Source of the DNA: Tilletiaria anomala UBC 951
Lineage: Eukaryota
DNA length: 64,000 bases
Assembly (NCBI RefSeq): GCF_000711695.1
Contig: NW_013547012.1
Coordinates: 186,001 to 250,000 of the forward strand
Direction of reading: 5' to 3'
Shown: positions 1-11,115 of the stretch, piece after piece
Position numbering within the stretch: position 1 is the stretch's first letter
Layout: each line of letters opens with the position of its first letter
Position numbers and translations under genes: made by a program
The notes under the pieces: generated by a model
What the model was told of the DNA's origin: nothing
Database searches by the model: none
The model's input: only the letters and a program-made list of their open reading frames with translations

Positions 1-1009
1 GGATGAATGAGCTGGCTGTCTGGTGCTGGAAGATGGCGAGCAGCGAGAGGCAGATGACCAGTGCGCCGCCAATGTCTCCCTTGCCGTAGAACTGCGAGTG
101 GGCGAGTGGGCAAGCGTGCGCGCGGCGGAGGGTGTTAGTCGTCGGGCACTGCATCACTACGCGGGAACACAGAGAGGGGGAACAGTACCTACCACGTAGC
201 CGGCTGCGGTCGCCTCGAGGAAGAGAAGCGCCATGAAGACGAGGATCTTGGTGATGACGCCTGCGGAGTGCTTGTTTGCGTTGACGCCGAAGGCAGCAAA
301 GCCCGAAACGACGAGCAAGACGACGACAAAGCCGTGGTACTGTAGCACGCACGAGGAGAAGAGGGATCGGTATGTTAACTCTGCCAGGGAAGAGGTATGG
401 GACCCGCTTAGGACTCGAGACGCTCGCGACTCACCAAACTGAACGGAACATGGACGAAGAGCGCGTCGATCCACGAGCTTGGCGCGTGCCGCACCTTGAG
501 GTCGCGGTAGATGTGCGAGATGACGCCGGCGGAGAGGAGGAGCGCGACGAACGCGAGGATCGAGAAAACCCGTCGGTCATGGTGCTCGCCGTGTTCGGTG
601 CTGGCGGTGTTCAGCGCCGAGTATATGGACGTCAGGACTGGTTAGCGTACGCACAGTGTTGAGGAGAAAGAGCGATCAGCACAGGCTTTGGGGCTGAGCG
701 AAGGGGGATGCATGCATGCATCTGGAAGAACGCACCTGCCAGAATGGGAAAGCGCCATCCGACGACCTTGACGACAGGGTCGTAGCCTACCTCGAAGAAC
801 TGGATGACGACCATGCCGAGCAACAGCGTATGGATAACGGGCCAAACAGCGAAGATCCATCTCTCGGGCGTGATGTACGTCTCGTGCGGTCCGGCGCCCC
901 AGTTGCCCTTCTCTGGGGCGAGCGAGGTGTAGGCGTTGGAGGAGAGGAAGATGACAAAGGCTAGGACGTTGACCGCCTTGATGGCCAGGCTGTCTTTCCA
1001 GTGCGCCAT
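1..1009 (-). CDS. Conserved fungal multi-pass membrane protein (DUF1774/TspO-like by resemblance), 3' end runs off the window
   Basis: ATG at 1009 ([18 protein letters not shown]...[19 protein letters not shown]). At least 3 GT-AG introns (first donor gtgcgt at 735) join hydrophobic exons in frame: ...[23 protein letters not shown]...[31 protein letters not shown]. The family name is a resemblance only. Confidence 0.75.
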
Positions 1010-2104
1010 TTTGAACTGTGTTGTGTTGTGTTTGGCTGTGCTGTGCTGCGCTGCGCTAAGCGAGGGGCTTAGGTGCTTGAGCTTGCGTGTGGACTTTGCT
1101 GCTGCGGATAGCGAGCACCAAGGCGACGAATGCGTGGATTCACGTCAGCGCGAGTGTTTTGTAGAGCTTGCGAATGGGACGTGCGTGATGGCTGCAGGCT
1201 GCGACGGTTGTGGTGGAGAAGGAGGGATGCAAAGCGTATCGTATCGTACACCCTCGTGTACGTGTGATGTGATAGGAGACGACTTGGACTGCGCGGCGTC
1301 GAGTAACGAGCGAGCGTGGATTCCCCGGGAGATATGACGTTGCAGACACCTTCACCCTTCGACAGGTTGGGGCGTGCGCTGCAGTCAGCCAAAATGCCAT
1401 CATCCGGGGAACTCTTGTGCAAGAACCTATTCTTTCTGCATTTAGGCCACAATACGTACATATACTTGACGGGGCACAGTGCAGAACGCCTCTTTGACCC
1501 TCTTTTCATGCGGCCGGTGGCTCATTCATACGGCAGCAGCCAGAAAGGTACTGGCTGCCGCGGCCTCTCCCCATGTTCGATGCGCGCTGCGTCTACATGA
1601 CCTCCATTGAACGTTGATGCAACAATAGCCCTTTCGAGCATTGCAGAGCGGCAGAGACACGGCAGCTGGTCAGTCTTCCCCCTGCTGCTTGTGGCGTGCA
1701 CGTGACGTCAGCTATCTACCAAAAAACTGTTGTTGTGATTGCAATCCCTGTGCTTGGGTTGAGGCATCACGTGATTGTACTCTCTTGGCTTGGCTCTGTG
1801 GTGTGCGGAACTAAACCAACACTGACAAAAAAAATTGCTTGCTCTCGCCTCATTTCCCCTCCCGGGCTCCTCCGTCTAGCGGCAGTGGGCGGAGGTTGCA
1901 GGCACTAGGCCGCAGCAGCTGTCTCGCACACCACCCTCCACTCGAGAGCGCGCGGGCTCTCTGTCACTCTCAACTGACTCGCCACGCCACGCCAACCAAA
2001 AGGTAAAAAGCAAGGAGCTCCATCGCTCAACCATATGTATCTGTGGAGCAGCAGCAAACAAGCAAGCAAGGTCCACTCACCGACGCCTGCCCAAGCTTAC
2101 AATC

Positions 2105-5100
2105 ATGTCGCAGCAGTACGCAAAGCCAGCGACAGTAGCTGCGGCTGCCACTGCTGCTGCCACTGCTGCTGCTGCTGCAGGCCGGCCTGCCGACTCCGTG
2201 TCGTCATCGACAGCAACCATGACCGCGCCGTCCGCGGTCAACTCACGATCTACACCCTATGCGCCCTTCACCCCTTCGCCGCTGCAGTGGGTACGCAGCG
2301 CCAGCGAGGCGACCGTCGCATCGTTGGAGGCCGGGGCTACCACTGGCGCTGGGGACATGACTGCAGATGTACATATGGAGTCGGAGCAAGAGGGTGAAGC
2401 GGCAGACGGAACCAGCAGGGCGTACGCAAGTCACCAGGCAAGCCTCACCGCCGCGCTCGACAAGACGGCCGTCATCTTGAACGAGCTCAAGGACTTCAAC
2501 TACGGCCGTTGGATCGTCCACTACCCCGAGATCAACCCCCCCTTGGCACGCGCATCGGCCTCCCACGCGACTCAAGACGACGGCGAGCTGCATCGCTCCA
2601 CTTCGTCCTCCGACTCGCTCGCCCGTGCCGCATCACCCCAGCCCAGCAGCCACGCCGCCACGGTCAGCGCGCCCAGTACCCCCGCCCGCCACGTGCTGTC
2701 ACGTTCATATACCCAGCCGCCGCAGAGGCAGCAGAACGACGCGACGCAGGAGCACAATGGGGAGGAGGACGACGAGGCGGCGGCAGCGGCGTACACAGAA
2801 GCAGGTGACCTCAGCATCCTCCGGCTTGACCTCAAGGTCGGGCACGGCGTGCACAGCAGCGGGCCCTCATCATTGGCGCCTGGAATACCGGGTGTGTCGG
2901 GCATCCATGCCGCACAGTCGCTAGTGCACTCGCTCGAAAAGTCGTCAGTGGCGCAGCTGCTCGACGGACGCATGACCCAGGCCATCCGCCACCTCGAAGC
3001 GCTGCGCCTGCGCGTCGGCGACAAGCAGAGCAAGGTCCTCGTCACCGGCGATCTCAATGCCGGAAAGTCGACGCTGGTCAACTCGCTCCTGCGCCGCGAG
3101 CTGATGCCAACGGACCAGCAGCCGTGCACGACAGTGTTCTGGGAGGTGCTCGACGCCGACGAGGCCAACGATGGCTACGAAGAGATCCATATGCTCCGCG
3201 ACGGCAAGTTCTACCGCCGCGAAGATGAAAGCACATACGCGCGCTACACGCTCAGCCAGACCGAGCAGATCGTCGCGCACGCCGAGGAGCTTGCTGCCGC
3301 CGCCGGCGAGAACGCCATGCCGCCGCTGATCAAGTGCTACTGCCGCGACCACCGGGCCAAGCCCGAGTCGCTGCTGCGCTCGGGCGTCGTTGACATTGCG
3401 CTCATCGACGCGCCTGGTCTCAACCGCGACTCGATCAAGACGACAGCGCTCTTTGCGCGCCAGGAGGAGATTGACGTCGTCGTCTTTGTCGTCAGCGCCG
3501 AGAACCACTTTACGCTCAGTGCCAAGGAGTTCCTCTGGAACGCCAGCAACGACAAGGCTTACGTCTTCATCGTCGTCAACAAGTTTGACCAGATCAAGAA
3601 CAAAGACAAGTGCAGGCGCATCGTCCTTGAGCAGATCCGCCAGCTCAGCCCCCGCACGTACGAGGACGCGGACGAACTCGTTCACTTTGTCGACTCGAGC
3701 GCCGTCTTCCCTGACGACACTTCAGCGGATGGCGTAGCAGCAGTAGCGCTGACGGAGGTGGCAGGCAGCGAGCCCGATAGCAGCATCGTCGAGACTCCCT
3801 CTTCAGAAAGCGGCAATGGATCGTCCAAGAAGCTTGCCGGGGAGAACGTCGCAGGAGCAGCAGAAACAGCCACCTCGCCTGAATCGAACGCAGCGTTTGC
3901 CCGACTCGAAACTTCGCTGCGCGACTTTGTCCTACTCAAGCGGTCTAAGTCGAAGCTGCTGCCAGCGCAGACGTACATCCTGCGCCTGCTCTCCGACATT
4001 GGCTTCCTCGCGCGCACCAACCTCGCCGTCGCCAAGGCCGAGCAGGAGGAAGCGCAGCAGCGCCTCCTTGACGCGCGGCCTGCACTGACTGAGTGTAAGC
4101 GGCGCCACGAAAAGCTCAGCGCGCAGCTCGAGGAAGAGGAGGAGCGCACTGTTGGCAGCGTCTCGCGCACCGCGCACGAGCAGCTCCACACGGCTTTGAA
4201 GGCTATCGCGCGCGGCGCTCCGGCGCACGCCGCCTTCTCGCTCCCTGTGTGGCCGGGCCTCTTCGACGTGTGGCAGTACGCTGAGGAGGTGCGCCTGCTC
4301 CTCCTTGACAGCCTCGAGGCGGCAGTCAAGGACGTCGAGCACAACGCACGCCTCACGACCGCCGCCGCTGTCTCGACTGTCAAGGCGATCGGCGAGGAGC
4401 AGCTGCCCAAGGACGTTGAGCGGTCCAACCGCGTTTTCCTGCCGCACGCCATGTTCTCGTCGTCGCGCAACGGCCACAAGGTCGCCCGCAGACTCTACGG
4501 CCGTACCGCTATCCGCCCCGGCAGCAGCGGCAACTTCGCATGGCTCGGCCTCGGCCCGGACGTCGCGGACCTGCGCTCGACGGATATCCTTGACATCCCG
4601 CACTTCATACAGGCCATCTTCCCCGTCGCTGTTGCTTGCAAGAGCGGCGGTACATCGATCTCGCCGTCCAAGAAGCCTCTCACGGCTGAAGAGGAGGTGG
4701 GCCTTGCTGGCAGCGTCACGCTCGGCCTCGGTGCTCTCACACTTGTCGGCGGCAAGGCGCTCGGCGCCAAGGCGGCGCTCGAGCCGTTCCTGCGCGTCTT
4801 TGACCTTATTGGCAACCAGACCGCGCGCAAGTGGGCCGGGCCCATCCTTGGCCTCAGCGTCGCCGCTGCTGTCGTGTACGTCATTTACGACCTCCCCAAC
4901 TCGATCCCGCGTAACGTCGGGCGCAGCCTGCACGCCGCTGGCATGCAGCCGCTCAAGGATATCGCTGCTTCCGCTGCTATTGACGACGTTGCAGACTACA
5001 TCGGCAATAACATAGGCGGCAGCGGCTCGGCGACGTTTACGGCGCTGCACACGCAGCGCGTGTCCCGAGAGGTACGCAAAGTGATGCGGCTTGCGTCGTA

Positions 5101-5284
5101 CGATCTGCAAGAGACCTTCCGCGTTGCAATCGCGCAGCGGGCGCAGCAGGTCCACGACGCCGAGACGCAGGAGCAGTCGGCAATTGAGGCGGGCGAGTAC
5201 TTTGGCCGGACGAGTGACCAGGCTCGCGTCCTTCGCAAGCAAGTCGACGCCATGCACATCGGCGACGAGCAGGCCAGCGCGTGA
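2105..5284 (+). CDS. FZO1: Mitofusin, dynamin-like mitochondrial fusion GTPase
   Basis: Single 1059-aa ORF. G1 motif VTGDLNAGKST, DQQPCT, G3 LIDAPGLN, ARQEEIDVVVFVVSAENHFTLSAKEFL, G4 VVNKFD, two C-terminal hydrophobic segments and a coiled coil. Confidence 0.95.
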   Translation: MSQQYAKPATVAAAATAAATAAAAAGRPADSVSSSTATMTAPSAVNSRSTPYAPFTPSPLQWVRSASEATVASLEAGATTGAGDMTADVHMESEQEGEAADGTSRAYASHQASLTAALDKTAVILNELKDFNYGRWIVHYPEINPPLARASASHATQDDGELHRSTSSSDSLARAASPQPSSHAATVSAPSTPARHVLSRSYTQPPQRQQNDATQEHNGEEDDEAAAAAYTEAGDLSILRLDLKVGHGVHSSGPSSLAPGIPGVSGIHAAQSLVHSLEKSSVAQLLDGRMTQAIRHLEALRLRVGDKQSKVLVTGDLNAGKSTLVNSLLRRELMPTDQQPCTTVFWEVLDADEANDGYEEIHMLRDGKFYRREDESTYARYTLSQTEQIVAHAEELAAAAGENAMPPLIKCYCRDHRAKPESLLRSGVVDIALIDAPGLNRDSIKTTALFARQEEIDVVVFVVSAENHFTLSAKEFLWNASNDKAYVFIVVNKFDQIKNKDKCRRIVLEQIRQLSPRTYEDADELVHFVDSSAVFPDDTSADGVAAVALTEVAGSEPDSSIVETPSSESGNGSSKKLAGENVAGAAETATSPESNAAFARLETSLRDFVLLKRSKSKLLPAQTYILRLLSDIGFLARTNLAVAKAEQEEAQQRLLDARPALTECKRRHEKLSAQLEEEEERTVGSVSRTAHEQLHTALKAIARGAPAHAAFSLPVWPGLFDVWQYAEEVRLLLLDSLEAAVKDVEHNARLTTAAAVSTVKAIGEEQLPKDVERSNRVFLPHAMFSSSRNGHKVARRLYGRTAIRPGSSGNFAWLGLGPDVADLRSTDILDIPHFIQAIFPVAVACKSGGTSISPSKKPLTAEEEVGLAGSVTLGLGALTLVGGKALGAKAALEPFLRVFDLIGNQTARKWAGPILGLSVAAAVVYVIYDLPNSIPRNVGRSLHAAGMQPLKDIAASAAIDDVADYIGNNIGGSGSATFTALHTQRVSREVRKVMRLASYDLQETFRVAIAQRAQQVHDAETQEQSAIEAGEYFGRTSDQARVLRKQVDAMHIGDEQASA

Positions 5285-5948
5285 GACTCGCGACGACGCA
5301 CAACGAGCGCCAAGGAGGGATGGAAGATGGAAACAAAAGAAAGTGGCAAATACAAGAACGCATGCACACACGATACACCCCACTCCCAAAATTGTAGCGA
5401 AAGGACTCGTTTTTAGTCGCATCGCACGCCCCACTTATGACTTCCACGGTGCATATTTTCACAACTTTGTAAAATCCTTCACGAGCTTTCCAATGTACTT
5501 TTGTTATTTCTCTGTGCCTTGCACCTGCAAGCAACATGTACGATGCGTGCGATGCTGCCCTTCATGTGCTTTACTGTGTATCTGCAGGTCGTGCTCGACT
5601 CCCTGTAGCGGTACGCTGATCCGTAGCGGCAGCGAATGCTCTACCGACTTCCTGCCTTGTCCGGTTGCTGTCACAGGAATATTTTCAAGTCTGGGCCAGA
5701 AGATGTTCACGTAAAGCACGGCGGAAGGATGAGTTTCCAAGCTTGCACCATATCGATTCTTCATGCAGAGTAGTCATACAAATGTGCTCGATTGTGCATG
5801 GCGTGCGAGCGTCCGTCACAAACAGACAAGCACAGTCGAGCGACTGAAGGTGTGCCGCGGTGCACGACAAACCTCCAGATCAGGAGGAAAGGTGTTGCCC
5901 TCGTCTTTGGCTTTAGAAGCGCAACGACATCAGGTCGTGGCGACACAT

Positions 5949-7084
5949 TTAAATGAAGCCGATACGGTTCGACACATCGAGCGCGTCCTGGTCCTTGTGG
6001 AGCCTGATGAACGCCTTCTTCTTGCCATCCGGCCTGCACGGTCGGAAAATTTCAAAATATCAGCGTCTGCATTCTCTCGTCGTCTCGCTTCGCTAAAACG
6101 GCACAAGGCTCCATCTCCGATCGAGAGACCATATCCATTCAATACCTTCACCCGTCAGGCATCTGACAACCCCTGCACATTCCCACTACCCGAATCTCTT
6201 TGACCTTGCCCCATCCGGTTGTGCTCTGTAATATATGCTCACCTGATGAGAGTGTTGATCTTCTCTGCGTCAACGTCGTAGACCTTCTTCAGCGCCTCCT
6301 TGATCTGCCTCTTGTTCGCCCGGCGATCGACGATGAAGACAAGGGTGTTAATCTCCTCGATCTTCTTCATCGCGCTCTCGGTGTTGAGTGGGTAGAGCAG
6401 AGTCTGGAAAGCATCCATGCGCGGCGCATGCGGGATCGACTTGCGCGGGTACTTGGGCGACCGAGCCAGGCGCAGAGTCTTGGGGCGGTGGAAGGAGACC
6501 GAGGTCCGCACCTTGCGGACCTTGTGGCCGTTCACGCCCTTGAGGGCGGCCTTCTTGGCCTTGGTGGCCGTTTGCTTGCCAGAGGTTGCTACAGACAGAC
6601 ATACAATGTTAGCTTAAGTCAAGTAGTGCTAGAATTGGAGCGTGCAGTGTTCCCCCTCGCAGCCAGTGCCTGTATGCCAACCTTCCCCTAACCACTCGAT
6701 GACCAAATAGCAGCAGGCTACTGTCACTATCTTCCACCTTGCGATATGACTCCATGTTTTTTGCATGCAATATGGGCAACCTTGCTTCTGAGAACCAGGA
6801 TAGCCATTCGCCCATTTGAGTCCATCAAGTCTGCTCAGCCGCAGTTGATAACGACCGTGCCGCCACTCCAATGTGCCCAAATGACGACCTCCTTCGCGTT
6901 TTCATAGACTCTTCTGTCCTTCCCCAGCGCTCTGCGAGATTGTGTTTGCTTGTTGCTAAACTGAAGCCCTCTTGTTGTATCCTCCACCTCTCCATGCTAC
7001 CAAGATGCCCCTCCTGGCGGACTGGCTTGCGCTGGCCGCACTGCACGCTCTGCAATGGGTAAACTCACCCGACGTGCCCGCCAT
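5949..7084 (-). CDS. RPL25: 60S ribosomal protein uL23 (L25/L23a); exons 7084-7069, 6588-6243, 6033-5949
   Basis: [26 protein letters not shown]...[22 protein letters not shown]...[17 protein letters not shown]...NRIGFI*. Canonical gtgagt/gtgagc donors and tag/cag acceptors. Confidence 0.96.
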
Positions 7085-7378
7085 CTTTGCTGTTATTTCC
7101 TTCGTAAAGTCGGTGAGGAGAGGCTAGCTTATGATGAGGTGTCAAATGTGAAAGTTTAAGAACTTCTGGTGGCAATCGACAGCCTGGCGAGCCAGCTGGA
7201 GGATGTGCAAGGCTGGGCGGTGGTATTGGCTACGGCGAGGAGCGGCGCGCTGCGCTGGAGCAGAGGGTTTAGAATTTTGCTGCGGCATTTATTGCGCCCA
7301 CCCAATGCCGGAATGCTTCACTTACTGCTCGCACGCCCCCTGCTTCCCGCACTCGCCTGCCCGCTCGCACTGCTCCGT

Positions 7379-7472
7379 GTGAGCAACCTGCTTGGCTCTG
7401 GATTAGCTTCAAGTCTCGTTGATCCATGACATCTTACTTCGTGCCTAACTTGTCTACACCATCTCGTCCTAG
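7379..7472 (+). other. Probable 5'UTR intron of RPL17
   Basis: gtgagc donor at 7379, branch cctaac near 7444, pyrimidine-rich tract and cctag acceptor at 7472, 21 nt before the ATG. Confidence 0.6.
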
Positions 7473-7493
7473 GTCCAGTCAAGAATCTTCAAG

Positions 7494-8619
7494 ATGGTAC
7501 GTTTGATAGGCTCCCTATATCTGGGCAGCGTGGAGCGCGATACGCTGGCATTCGTCGAAAATGGCAGCACGGGGAAGGCAAGGGGAGAGCGCTATTGGTA
7601 TCCTGGGGTGGAGGACAAGATTACAGGTCATGCTTAGGGGGATATCCAACAAGAACATATTAGGAAGATGACTCGCTGCTAGTGGTTGGAGCATAGATGT
7701 TGGGAAATTGCGACTCGCGCTGCCTACCTTGGAAATAAGCGTCGCTCCATCGGACAGCCTAGCTAACCTATTTCTCATCTCCAGAGGTACGCCTTCGACG
7801 ACACGACACTGACCGAAAAGTCGGCCAGGAGCCACGGCTCCTACCTCCGGGTGCACTTCAAGAACACCCGCGAGACCGCTGCCACCGTCTCGGGCATGAA
7901 ACTGCAGAAGGCTTTCGCTTTCCTGCAGGATGTGCAGGACAAGAAGCAGTGCGTTCCTTTCAGGCGCTTCAAGGGTGATGTTGGCCGGAATGCACAGGCA
8001 AAGCAGTGGGGTGTTACCCAGGGTGAGTAGGCGCAGACTCAAAAGCTCATGGCCAGCGGCACTGGACAAGGATAGGCAGGGGGTGGAACATAAGTGGAGG
8101 GCCAGTGTCATTCGAGGAAGGTTAAATGCAGAGAACCTCGAAGGAAGTCTGTATGCGCATGCCACTCATTTCTGTCTGTCTATTTACGACTTGGGGTGCA
8201 GGAGGATGCGCAAGTCTATTGGCCTTGAGCTTTTGATATTCGCCAGCAAAGAACTTCGTACTGATGCGGAGTATCGTTTTGGTTTTTAAGGTCGCTGGCC
8301 AACCAAGTCGGCCAAGTTCCTGGCATCCCTTCTCCGCAACGCCGAGGCCAACGCTGACGCCAAGGGTCTCGACACCGAGGAGCTGATCATTCGCAACATT
8401 GTCATCAACCAGGCTCCGAAGACCCGCCGCCGCACGTACCGTGCCCACGGTCGCATTAACCCGTACCAGGGCCACCCGTGCCACATCGAGATCCACCTGA
8501 CCGAGCCGGCAGCTGAGGTTCCTAAGGCCGAGAGCGCCGTTGTCAGCACGAACCTCAACAAGAGGCAGCTTGCTCAGAAGCGGATCGCCGCTGCTCGTGC
8601 TCCGGCAGTCTCTGCATAA
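7494..8619 (+). CDS. RPL17: 60S ribosomal protein uL22 (L17); exons 7494-7496, 7785-8022, 8291-8619
   Basis: [14 protein letters not shown]...[35 protein letters not shown]...[23 protein letters not shown]. The first coding exon is ATG only, followed by a gtacgt donor. Confidence 0.96.
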
Positions 8620-8977
8620 GGATCTTACGTCTGCGAGGGCAAACGCAAGGTGCTTAGATGCCGCTCCTCCCGAGGCGTAGGAGGATCAGACGGGAGAGCT
8701 GAACAATGGTGTTCAGTTGTTGCGGCAAAATCGTGAATGTTGCATGCCTACCACACCACGCAGCATTTTTTGGAGGGATCGGGGCAGTCCACGATGCAGG
8801 TTCTGTCCTTGGCCCCTTCTCATGTACTACAAGCAGACCCTATGCATCTACTTCAGGTTCCTCTTGCTATTTACTATTGGCAGCGTCGAGATATGTGGAA
8901 GAGATATATGCATGCAGTAATTACATCGTGTCAGGCGCACTCGCCCTGCAAATGATCCGATCCTATAGCTCTGACGA

Positions 8978-11115
8978 TCATAACGTCCTACCGCTGGCTC
9001 TGGCAGCCGCTTCGGGATCGTACTTGACGATCCAAGGGTGTGTAAGGACTTTTGCCAGCGGGAGTCTGGACTCTGGTGCTTTCCTCAACAGCTGTTGGGT
9101 GATGTTTGATGTTGAAGGACGAGACGCGAGATGAGTACCAATGAAACACAGAAGGTGCAAATGTATGCTTAGGACGTACCCGCTTGATCAAGTCGCATAC
9201 CTCTGCAGACAGCCTAGAAGGGAATTGGAGGTCCACGCTTGAGATGCGCGCGTATGTGCCTGTTGTGATGCGATACGCGCAGGCGCGGCCAACGAGAAAA
9301 GCAGCACGGACGGTCAGTAGTGTGATGCAGCGCGGGAGACAAGCCGGTGTGCGCTCCCCCGGATGGAATGCGTCGCACTTGCTCCACTCACGTCCGCCAT
9401 CTTCCGCAGAGAAGGGTGCGTCTCCGACGACGAACTCGTAGGTGAGCACGCCGAGCGCCCATATATCGACTGCTTTGCCGTGCTTCTGCCTGTCGATCAT
9501 CTCTGGAGGGAGGTAGTCGAGCGTGCCGCACATGGTCGAGCGGCGGTTACCGGGCGCATGCACGGACCAGCCAAAGTCGCTGATCTTCAGCTCGCCGTTC
9601 AGACCCATCAGCAGATTCTCCGGTTTGATGTCGCGGTGAATTACGTTCTTCGTGTGCAGGTACTGCAGCGCGTCAGTCATCTGCGCGATGTACTGTCGGG
9701 CGGCGCGGGATCAGCACGTCAGCATGCAGGGAGAGAGACGGACGCAACGGTCTATCATTTCCCGCCTCACCTTTGCGGCGGTCGGCTCGGGGAATCTACG
9801 CCCGGGAAGGTTGCTCATGTACTTGTAGAACTCGCCTTTGCCTGCAAACTCGACCATGAGAAAGAGTCGCCCTTCGTCATGAAAGTAGCCGTGCAGGCGA
9901 AGGATGTGCGGATGTCTGCACAAACATGGATGGATGCAAAGTAATCAGCTTCGACATGGTCCACAGTGCAAATGACTTGCCTCGAGAACGAGTGCCTTAC
10001 CTCAAGTTCATCTGGATCTCGACCTCTCGCCTGATCTGGTGTTCGAGCCTCTCCTCGACGATCTCCTTCTTGTACAGACACTTGAGTGCGAGGATAAAGT
10101 GCGGCGCCGCTTTCGTCTTGGCGATGTACACACGCCCGAAGCGCCCTTTGCCCAAGCCGCGCCCGATGTCAAAGTCCTTCAGGCGCCATGTCTTCGTCGG
10201 GCGGTGCGCGCGCCTAGATGTAGTGCGGTCCGCGTTTGAGGAGAGGCGGGGCGATAGGCGCAAGTTGCGCAAGGAGGGAGGGTCGAGAGTCAGCTACCAC
10301 GAAGCGCAGGTAGTAGCATTTGGTAAATCTCACCCTGCATCGCTGCTATCGACGGCCAGTGCATCAGCCGCACCAGCATTGAGCGTCCTCCGCCCTCGTT
10401 TCTCGTCACGCTCAAAGCCGCCATCGTACTTGCCGACGTCGAGGCCACCCGCTGACGAGGCTTGTGGTGGCTGCTGGTGTTGCTGTGGCTGTTGCTGCCA
10501 CTGATGATGATGTGCCTGCGCTTGGCTTGGTCGATAGGCCGTGCCGCTAGATGATGCCGATGCGTGCGTCTGCGAGTGCTGTGCCTGTGGAGGCCGAATG
10601 GGCTGCTGCTGATGATGGTCATGCACCGGCCTCGACGCGCCTGCCTGCTTCATGAGTGCGGCGCTCGAGATGTTGATCTTGGTCGTGCTGACCGTAATAG
10701 CATTGACATCGGCCGCTCCGCCCGCCAATGCTGATGTTGCTGCTCCACCACCTCCTGCTACTGCACCGGAGGGCTTGCGCGAATGGCTGCCCTGCCCTGC
10801 GCTGCCTGCTGTGCTGCTGCCGCCGATGGGCTGGATGCCGCGCATCGGGGTGCCCTTGCTGAGCGAGACAGAGGCTCGATTGCTGCCGCTGTGTGCGACA
10901 TCTTTGCCTGCTTGCGCCTGCGCCTTGAGCGCCATGTACGCTTTCATCTTGGCGTCGTAGTCTGCCATGTGCGCCGCGTTTTGCTCGCGCTGTCTTGCAG
11001 GAGAAAGGGGAGCTGAGCCGTTGTGCTGCTGCTGCCAATGACTCTGGGTGCGGACTCCGCTGACGAGGGGACTGTGTGATGCCTGGTTCGCCGCCGCCGT
11101 TGTGCTCGCCGTCAT
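8978..11115 (-). CDS. IPL1: Aurora serine/threonine kinase, multi-exon, with long low-complexity N-terminus (start could be 11187)
   Basis: [89 protein letters not shown] near the C-terminus; exons separated by GT-AG introns. Confidence 0.93.

Noticed and set aside
3140..3142. Trp in the FZO1 PCTTVFWEV motif, where I recall Cys in many fungal orthologs
   Set aside because: The position appears variable among orthologs and a single-base difference cannot be assessed here.
3932..5434. 500-aa minus-strand ORF antisense to FZO1 (likewise 13488-14831 opposite KGD1 and 49419-51203 opposite the TF)
   Set aside because: Shadow ORFs expected from strong GC3 codon bias on the coding strand; no recognisable domains.
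6589..8290. Intronic snoRNAs in the ribosomal-protein introns
   Set aside because: No convincing RUGAUGA...CUGA pair or H/ACA layout seen by eye. The complementarity is better explained as end-to-end intron stems. An Rfam scan would still be worthwhile.
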